NCBI GenBank assembly: GCA_002449585.1
Contig: DJXD01000053.1
Coordinates: 63,781 to 127,780, forward strand
Direction of reading: 5' to 3'
Source: Ruminococcus sp. UBA7013
GTDB lineage: Bacteria; Bacillota; Clostridia; Oscillospirales; Ruminococcaceae
Length of the DNA stretch: 64,000 nt
Shown here piece after piece: positions 46,004-54,800 of this stretch. The notes beneath the pieces were generated by a model that saw only the letters and a program-made list of their open reading frames with translations, was not told the origin of the DNA and ran no database searches. The first letter of the stretch is position 1. Each line of letters opens with the position of its first letter. A program made the translations under genes and the position numbers.

Positions 46004-46822
46004 ATGAAATTCAAAAAGTTCGCTGCTGTTCTCGCAGCCGCTTCTATGCTGACGGTGTTCTCTGCACAGGTGGCTTCCGCCGCTGATAAAGTGACTGTTT
46101 CCGCTGAAAAAGTCACCGCTGCCGCTGGTTCAGAATTTACACTGAAAATTGACCTCAGCGGTGTGCCTGCGGCTGGTGTGAGTGCTGTCGATTTCGCCCT
46201 GACTTATGATTCAAGTATCATTGAAATCACAAGCGCAACCGCAGGAGATATTGTAAATCTTAATGCTGATGGTCAGGAAGCCTTTGAAGGTGTTTCTGTA
46301 TTCGCTGCTGATTTCTCTAATCCTAAAGTGGTAACAGTTACTTATGGTACTGCTTTGGAGGATACCGCTTATTGGATCACCAAAGATGGCACTTTCTTGG
46401 TTCTGAAGGGTACTGTTAAAGCCGATGCCCCTGCTGGTGCAGTTTCTGATGTGAAAATCGTTGCCAATGACCGCAGTGTGATTGATGGCTCAGATACCAA
46501 AAATACAGATATCAATATTGGTAATGTCGTAGGCGAAACTATCACACCGTTCGAAGTTGCCGTTTCTGATGGCTCTGTTACAGTAGCCGGTGGCGGTTCT
46601 GATGTCACAGAAAAGAAACTCGGTGATGTAAACCTTGACGGCAATGTCAATATTATGGATATTATCCTGCTGAATAAGGCAATCTATGGAAAAGCTGAAT
46701 TGAATGATCAGCAGCGTGCAAATGCCGATGTCAACGGCGACGGAAAACCCGATGCAACAGATTCTCTGAATATCATGAAATATGCTATCAAGCTGATTTC
46801 TACGCTGGAAGGGATTTCCTGA
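46004..46822 (+). CDS. scaC: ScaC-like adaptor scaffoldin: signal peptide - one cohesin - dockerin
   Basis: GAGGAGG RBS. Cohesin pattern (VTVSAEKVTAAAGSEFTLKIDLSGVPAAGVSAVDFALTYDSSIIEI...). C-terminal dockerin GDVNLDGNVNIMDIILLNKAIYGKAEL...VNGDGKPDATDSLNIMKYAIKLI. Confidence 0.85.
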   Translation: MKFKKFAAVLAAASMLTVFSAQVASAADKVTVSAEKVTAAAGSEFTLKIDLSGVPAAGVSAVDFALTYDSSIIEITSATAGDIVNLNADGQEAFEGVSVFAADFSNPKVVTVTYGTALEDTAYWITKDGTFLVLKGTVKADAPAGAVSDVKIVANDRSVIDGSDTKNTDINIGNVVGETITPFEVAVSDGSVTVAGGGSDVTEKKLGDVNLDGNVNIMDIILLNKAIYGKAELNDQQRANADVNGDGKPDATDSLNIMKYAIKLISTLEGIS

Positions 46823-46943
46823 TTAAAATGGCCACAGTCTGACATCTTATGTCGTGACACAATCAAATTTATTTAAGCCATGCAGGCGTTGACCCCCGTC
46901 TGCAAAAACAAAACACACACAAACAGAAAGGAATTAATTAGTT

Positions 46944-48716
46944 ATGAAGAAGGTAATTTCTGCACTGACAGCTGCTGTCATGACAGCAAGCGCATCTGCA
47001 AGTGTACTGTCTGCTTTCGCAGCATACACATCTCCGAGCGATCTCGGATTTTATCTGAAAGTCACCTCTACTGGTGATTACACCGTATCCGATGACGGTA
47101 AGACCATCACATTTGCAACCAAGGAAGCCGCCGCTGGTGCTACATTCACAGTAGGTCATTACATTGTGGCTGACACTGCATCTCCGTCTATTCAGCAGAT
47201 CAATGGTATGGTTTCTCTGAGCAGCCCTGCACTCCAGATTGCTGAGACACCTTTCCAGAATCTCGATAATGCCGGCGTGACAACAACTGTATCTAATCCG
47301 GCTTTGGGTACTGCATTCGAGACCACTGCATTTGTAAACACATTCGGCTTCTATGATGATATTATGGAAGAATTCAATAATGCTACCGGTAACATGGACA
47401 CCCAGACCATTCAGGAAGGCGATAAACTGTATGCTGGTAAGGATAGCCTGGCTTGGACATGGCTCTATAACTTCGGCGGCAGTGAAGAATATTCTGATTA
47501 TAAAGAAACTGCTCACTTCCTGACAAATAAGTCTGATGAATATCCGATTGAACAGTTCAATATCACAATGGCTAGCGATGTTGCTGATGGTACTTATACA
47601 ATTGACTGGGAAACCAGCTTCACCAACGATTTCGGTGAAAACCCTGCTACTTTTGTAAATACAGATGGTAAAACACAGATTCATCCCGGCACTCTGGACG
47701 GCCTGACAATCATTGTAGGTGATCCGAATGCACAGCCATCTGAAACTACAGAACCAACAACAGAAGAACAGCAGCCTACAGAAACAACTGAAGAACAGCA
47801 GCCCTCAGAAACTACTGAACCGACAGAACCCACTGAAGAAAAGACCCATGATAAGTATGAATGGGAAATCGGTGACGTAATCTATGATCCCGAAAATGAT
47901 AAGACAATCTCCGTTCCGATCAAGGTTTGGAACAGTGAACCGATGTCCGGTTATTCTCTCGGCCTGCTGGTTGACGGTCTGACATTAAGATCTGAAGATT
48001 TCCCGTTCAGCAACGTAAGATTCAAGGATGAAAAGGCATTCCCGACACAGGCAACATTTATGCCCAATACAGATGATCTGACAATTGCCGCTGCTGCTGA
48101 TGCTAACCTCGACAATCCTGATTCTACTGTTAAAAATGGTGCAACAATTGTAACTGTTATCTTCGTTCCTAAGGCTGATTATACTTATACTCCCGGCCAG
48201 AAATTCGTTGTTGCTTTCAGCGATGAAAAGGATGCTAACCTGTTCGGTAACAATGCTGATCAGCAGCTGACTCCTGTTCTGACAAACGGTTCTATCACTG
48301 TTAAGGGCGGCGAGGAGACAACAGATCCCACAACAGAACCCACAGAACCCTCATCAGAAGAAACAGAAACTACACCTGAACCCACAGAAACAACAAGCGA
48401 AGAGCAGCCTACAGAAACAACAGAACAGCAGCCTACAGAAACAGGCGAACAGCCTACACAGCCTTTTGGCGACTACATCTATGGCGACGTTAACCATAAT
48501 GGTACTGTTGAACTGGTTGACATCGTAATGCTGAACAGATATCTCACTAAGTATGACAATCAGGATCTGGATGATTATCAGGTTGTTGTTGCTAACTGCT
48601 ACAGAAACGGTGAGTCTGATGCCGATACCACAAAGGCTAATCTGGATGGTAAGGACTCCGTTGAAATTCTGAGATTCCTGATCGGTCTGGTTGCTTCTCT
48701 CCCGACACAGGGCTAA
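46944..48716 (+). CDS. scaA: ScaA-like scaffoldin: signal peptide - unassigned roughly 240-aa module - TEPQ linker - cohesin - linker - distinct C-terminal dockerin
   Basis: The cohesin (about nt 47850-48310; WEIGDVIYDPENDKTISVPIKVWNSEPMSGYSLGLLVDG...NGSITVKGG) is roughly 70% identical by eye to the first cohesin of the next gene. The C-terminal dockerin GDVNHNGTVELVDIVMLNRYL...NLDGKDSVEILRFLIGLV differs from the enzyme-type dockerins. Confidence 0.8.
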   Translation: MKKVISALTAAVMTASASASVLSAFAAYTSPSDLGFYLKVTSTGDYTVSDDGKTITFATKEAAAGATFTVGHYIVADTASPSIQQINGMVSLSSPALQIAETPFQNLDNAGVTTTVSNPALGTAFETTAFVNTFGFYDDIMEEFNNATGNMDTQTIQEGDKLYAGKDSLAWTWLYNFGGSEEYSDYKETAHFLTNKSDEYPIEQFNITMASDVADGTYTIDWETSFTNDFGENPATFVNTDGKTQIHPGTLDGLTIIVGDPNAQPSETTEPTTEEQQPTETTEEQQPSETTEPTEPTEEKTHDKYEWEIGDVIYDPENDKTISVPIKVWNSEPMSGYSLGLLVDGLTLRSEDFPFSNVRFKDEKAFPTQATFMPNTDDLTIAAAADANLDNPDSTVKNGATIVTVIFVPKADYTYTPGQKFVVAFSDEKDANLFGNNADQQLTPVLTNGSITVKGGEETTDPTTEPTEPSSEETETTPEPTETTSEEQPTETTEQQPTETGEQPTQPFGDYIYGDVNHNGTVELVDIVMLNRYLTKYDNQDLDDYQVVVANCYRNGESDADTTKANLDGKDSVEILRFLIGLVASLPTQG

Positions 48717-48753
48717 TTCTCCAATTCTTTCAGGAACTTTAGAAAATGATATT

Positions 48754-48787
48754 GTGTTCAGGCGGATTCCCGCCTGAACACGATTTT
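48754..48787 (+). terminator. Intergenic stem-loop (possible partial terminator or RNA-stability element) between the scaA-like and scaB-like genes
   Basis: Perfect 12-bp stem gtgttcaggcgg/ccgcctgaacac with a 4-nt loop, followed by gattttg, which is only a short T-tract. Confidence 0.5.
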
Positions 48788-48828
48788 GAAATCTGAAATC
48801 CTGACATTTCAGAAAGGAAATATGTGCA

Positions 48829-51800
48829 ATGAAGAAATTATTATCTGCGTTGACAGCATTGTGCATGTGTGCTTCTATGACGACCGGTTTACTGCCGGCT
48901 TCTGCGCTGACTGCCATCACACCAGATGATGCAGTCATTGCAAAGGCTGGTGACTATGAACGGTATTATGTAGAAGGCGACACACCCCAGATAAATGGAT
49001 TTACATGGCAGATTGATGATGTGGAATTTGATCCCGCAACGGACAAAACCATTTCTGTACCAATCAAAGTATGGAACTGTGAACCGATTTCCGGTTATAC
49101 TCTGGGTTTGCTGGTGGATGGTATGACACTGGCATCAGATGCTGATAACTTCCCGTTCAGTGCTGTAAGATTCAAGGACAACAAGGCTTTCCCCACACAG
49201 GCTACTTTTATGCCCAATACCGATGAGCTAACGCTCGGTGTAGCCGCTGATGCAAATCTGGATAACCCGGATTCTGTTATCGAAAGTGGTGCAGCTGTTG
49301 TAACGCTTATATTCGTTCCCAAAGAGGGCTATGAATATAAACCCGGTCAGAAATTTAATATTACATTCAGTGATGAAAAAGATGCCAACCTGTTCGGTAA
49401 TAATGCCGATCAGCAGTTAAAGCCTACCCTCCTCAACGGTTCTATTACTGTCAAGGGCGGCACTGAAGATACAACAACTGAGCCTACTACAGAAGCTCCT
49501 ACTGAACCTGTCGCTACTACTACTGAACCCCAGGAAACCCAACCTAGTTCCGGTGACTTTGAATGGAAAATTTCTGATGTGACCTTTGATCCTTCTAAGG
49601 ATGAGAGAATTGAAGTCCCGATTTTGGTTTATAATTCTCCTGAAATTTCCGGTTATAACATCGGCCTGCTGATTGATGGAAAAGCACCGTCAGATCCTGA
49701 TTTCCCCTTTGATAAGGCAACTTTCAAGAACGGCGGCGGCTATGATAATACCGGTTCTTTTGTTCCCAATACTTCTGAGCTGACTCTTGCATTCGCTTCT
49801 GATATGAGCGGCGATCGGAATACCAGCTCCGCAGCAAATGGCGCAACAGCGGTATATCTCTACCTGACTCCTAAGGCAGGTTATAATTATGAACATGGTC
49901 ATATCTATCAGGTTACTTTTGATACAGATACGCCGCAGGCGGTTTCCTTTGGGGTTGCCAGCTCTGATGGCGGAAAAGATATTGATCTGTATCCGAAGCT
50001 GACAAATGGTTCTATCACGGTTGAAAATCCGGATGTGACAGAACCTCCTACAGAATATAATCCTGAAACATCAGGAATTGTTTCCAAAGAAGAAAAAGTA
50101 TCATCTGCCCAGTGGGTGATTAGTTCTGCTACAGCAAAGCCCGGCGAAAAAGTGACGCTTCATGTAACGATCAAAGATAATGACGGCTTTAACAGCTATA
50201 TCGCTAAGATCAAGACAGATGTCACCGCTGTTGGCGCAGAAACGGGTGAACTCAGTGAACTGGATTTCAGTTCTAATATTAACAAAATGACATTTGCTGG
50301 TACTGATTTTAGTTCTGATACAATCAACAGCAATGGCACAGTATTTGATATCAGCTTTACAGCTCCTGATAAGCCGGGTCGATATCCGGTTGATTTCAGC
50401 AGTCTGGAAGTTTATAATGCTGACATGGTTCGGCTGATTCCCAGTACAGAATTGGGTTATATCACAGTCGAAGATGATGAATTTGTCCATGATCAGAAAG
50501 ATACTTCTGCGAAGTGGATTATTGATAAAGTAGAAGCTGATCCGGGTGAAACTGTCAAAGTTCCTGTCAAGGTGCAGGGTGATACAGATGGTCTCAATAG
50601 CTATATGGTTCAGATTTCACAGGATGCTGGCCCTGTACTGGTAAGTGCAGAAAGTGGCTCTGCTTATGGAGAATTGAGCTTTGAAAGCAATCTCAAAAAG
50701 CTGACTTTCGGCGGTACAAATTCTGATAAAGGCGAAAATATCATTGCCAAAGACGGTGATGTTTTCTATATGAATTTCGAAGTTCCGAAGGATGCCGCTC
50801 CTGATACGACATATCATCTGAATTTCGTGAAAGATGCACTGGATCTTGAAAATATTGACATGGTTCAGCTTAAACCAGCTACAGAAGATGGTTGGATTCA
50901 TATCAGAAAGGCCGATTTTGAACACAAGGAGAAAGAAGTTTCTACCAAGTGGATCATTGATGAAGTACATGCAAAACCCGGCGAAGAGGTTACTGTTCCG
51001 GTTCGTGTAGAAGGGAATACAGAAGGCTTTAACAGCTTCATGACAAAAATCAAGTATGCTGATGGCCCTGTTTTGGTAAGCACCGCAAATGGCGGTTTCG
51101 CTTCTCTGGATTTCTCTTATAATCTGGATAATATGACATTCGGCGGTACAGATTTCACAACTGGCTCTGAAACCCTTTCAGGTGATGAAATCGTATTCAA
51201 TCTGACATTTACCGCTCCTAATGAGCCCGGCATATATCCGGTTGAATTTGTGAAGGATACGCTCGAAGTTTATGGCATTGACATGGTTCAGCAGATTTCT
51301 GGCACTCAGGATGGCGCAATTATTGTTGATGCAGAAGAAACTACTACTACAGAACCCGGCGAAAAAGATGGCGCAAAATGGATTATCGACTGGAAGGAAG
51401 CAAAGCCCGGTGAAGAAGTAACACTCCCCGTTCATGTAGAAGGCAATACAGAAGGCTTCAACAGCTTCATGACAAAGATCAAAGTCGCTGATGGCCCAAT
51501 TCTCGTAAGCACTGCAAATGGCGGATTCGCTACTCTGGATTTCAATTATAATCTTGATAATATGACATTCGGCGGCACAGATTCCTCCAGTGGCGCAGAT
51601 CTCAAGGATGATGATGTTGTATTCAATCTGACATTTACCGCTCCAACAGAGCCCGGTGAATATGCAGTTGATTTCGATGGCCTTGAGGTTTATGGCCTTG
51701 ATATGGCTAAGCAAATTGTTGTACAGCAAAACGGTGGTATCATTGTAAAGGACGATGAAACTACTACTGAACCCGGCGAAAAGAACGGCGCAAAGTGGAT

Positions 51801-54800
51801 TATTGATGAAGTACATGCAAAGCCCGGTGAAGAGGTTGTTGTTCCTGTTCATGTAGAAGGTAACACAGAAGGCTTTAACAGCTTCATGACAAAAATCAAA
51901 GTCGCTGATGGCCCAATTCTGGTAAGCACTGCAAATGGCGGATTTGCTACTCTGGATTTCAATTATAATCTTGATAATATGACATTCGGCGGTACAGATT
52001 TCTCCAGCGGCGCAGATCTCAAGAATGATGATGTTGTATTCAATCTGACATTTACCGCTCCGACAGATCCCGGCAGATATGCAGTTGATTTTGATGGCCT
52101 TCAGGTTTATGGCCTTGATATGGCTAAGCAGATTGTAACACAAGTAAATGGTGCAATCATTGTAGATCCTGATGAAACTACAACTACTACAGAACCCGGC
52201 GAAAAGAATGGCGCAAAATGGATTATCGACTGGAAGGAAGCAAAGCCCGGTGAAGAAGTAACACTCCCCGTTCATGTAGAAGGCAATACAGAAGGCTTCA
52301 ACAGCTTCATGACAAAGATCAAAGTCGCTGATGGCCCGATTCTCGTAAGCACTGCAAATGGCGGATTCGCTACTCTGGATTTCAATTATAATCTTGATAA
52401 TATGACATTCGGCGGTACAGATTCCTCCAGTGGCGCAGATCTCAAGGATGATGATGTTGTATTCAATCTGACATTTACCGCTCCGACAGAGCCCGGTGAA
52501 TATGCAGTTGATTTCGATGGTCTTGAGGTTTATGGCCTTGATATGGCTAAGCAGATCGTTGTACAGCAAAACGGTGGTATCATCGTAAAGGCCGATGAAA
52601 CTACTGCTACTACAGAACCCGGCGAAAAGAACGGCGCAAAATGGATTATCGACTGGAAGGAAGCAAAGCCCGGCGAAGAGGTAACACTCCCCGTTCATGT
52701 AGAAGGCAATACAGAAGGCTTCAACAGCTTCATGACAAAGATCAAAGTCGCTGATGGCCCAATTCTCGTAAGCACTGCAAATGGCGGATTCGCTACTCTG
52801 GATTTCAATTATAATCTTGATAATATGACATTCGGTGGTACAGATTCCTCCAGTGGCGCAGATCTCAAAGATGATGATGTTGTATTCAATCTGACATTTA
52901 CCGCTCCGACAGAGCCCGGTGAATATGCAGTTGATTTCGATGGTCTTGAGGTTTATGGCCTTGATATGGCTAAGCAGATTGTTGTACAGCAAAACGGTGG
53001 TATCATTGTAAAAACCGATGAAACGACAACAACAGAAGCAACCACTACCACAGAAGAAACAACTACAACAACTACTACTACAGAAGAAACTACCACTACC
53101 ACGCCGATCGAAACAAGTGAAGCTGGTCTCTGGTATGTAGAAACAACTGTCGTTGCTGCTGGTGCAACTGTGACACTTCCTGTCAAAGTCAAGGGCGATA
53201 CCAATGGTATCAATAGCTATATCGCAAAGATTCAGCATGATGCCGCTTTGACTGCAAATGATGCTTCCAATGGTGATGCTTATGAAGGTATGGACTTCTC
53301 CTATAATATGGAAAATCTGACCTTCGGCGGTGTAAACTATACTATTGAGAAAAACGTAGTTCCGACAGATGACGGTGTTGTATTCAATATTATCTTCACT
53401 GCTCCATCTGAACCCGGTCGGTATCCGGTTGAATTCCTGAAAGATGCTGGTCTGACAGTATATGACATCAACATGAATGAACTGGATGTCAAGACGCAGG
53501 ACGGTTGGATTGAGGTAGTCGCTGAAACCACCACCACAGAAGCAGAACCTGTTCCGGATGAAACCACAACAGAGGAAACACAGACTACTGCCGAAGAAAC
53601 TACAACAGAAGAAACTACTACCACAACAATCGAAACCGGTGAAGCTGGTCTCTGGTATGTAGAGACAACTGTCGTTGCTGCTGGTGCAACTGTGACACTT
53701 CCTGTTAAAGTAACTGGTGATTCTAATGGCATCAATAGCTATATCGCAAAACTCCAGCATGATGCTGCTCTGACTGCAAATGATGCTTCCAATGGTGATG
53801 CTTATGAAGGTATGGACTTCTCCTATAATATGGAAAATCTGACCTTCGGCGGTGTAAACTATACTATTGATAAGAACGTAGTTCCGACAGATAACGGTGT
53901 TGTATTCAATATTATCTTCACTGCTCCATCTGAACCCGGTCGGTATCCGGTTGAATTCCTGAAAGATGCTGGTCTGACAGTATATGACATCAACATGAAT
54001 GAACTGGATGTCAAGACGCAGGACGGTTGGATTGAAGTCATCGCTGAAACAACAACTACAGAAGCTACAGAAACCACTCCGGAAGAAACGGTTGATACTA
54101 CTACAGAAGCTACAGAAACCACTCCGGAAGAAACGGTTGATACCACTACAGAAGCTACAGAAACCACTGCGGAAGTAACCACAACAGAAGAAACTACTAC
54201 CACTATCGAAACCGGTGAAGCTGGTCTCTGGTATGTAGAGACAACTGTCGTTGCCGCTGGTGCAACTGTGACACTTCCTGTTAAAGTGATTGGTGATTCT
54301 AACGGCATCAATAGCTATATCGCAAAACTCCAGCATGATGCTGCTTTGACTGCAAATGATGCTTCCAATGGTGATGCTTATGAAGGTATGGACTTCTCCT
54401 ATAATATGGAAAATCTGACCTTCGGCGGTGTAAACTATACTATTGAGAAAAACGTAGTTCCGACAGATAACGGCGTTGTATTCAATATTATCTTCACTGC
54501 TCCATCTGAACCCGGTCGGTATCCGGTTGAATTCCTGAAAGATGCTGGTCTGACAGTATATGACATCAACATGAATGAGCTGGATGTTAAGACTCAGGAC
54601 GGTTGGATTGAAGTCATCGCTGAAACAACGACAACAGAAGCGACAGAAACCACTCCGGAAGAAAGAGTTGATACTACTACAGAAGTAACAGAAACCACTC
54701 CCGAAGAAACGGTTGATACCACTACAGAAGCTACAGAAACCACTCCGGAAGAAACGGTTGATACTACTACAGAAGTAACAGAAACCACTCCCGAAGAAAC

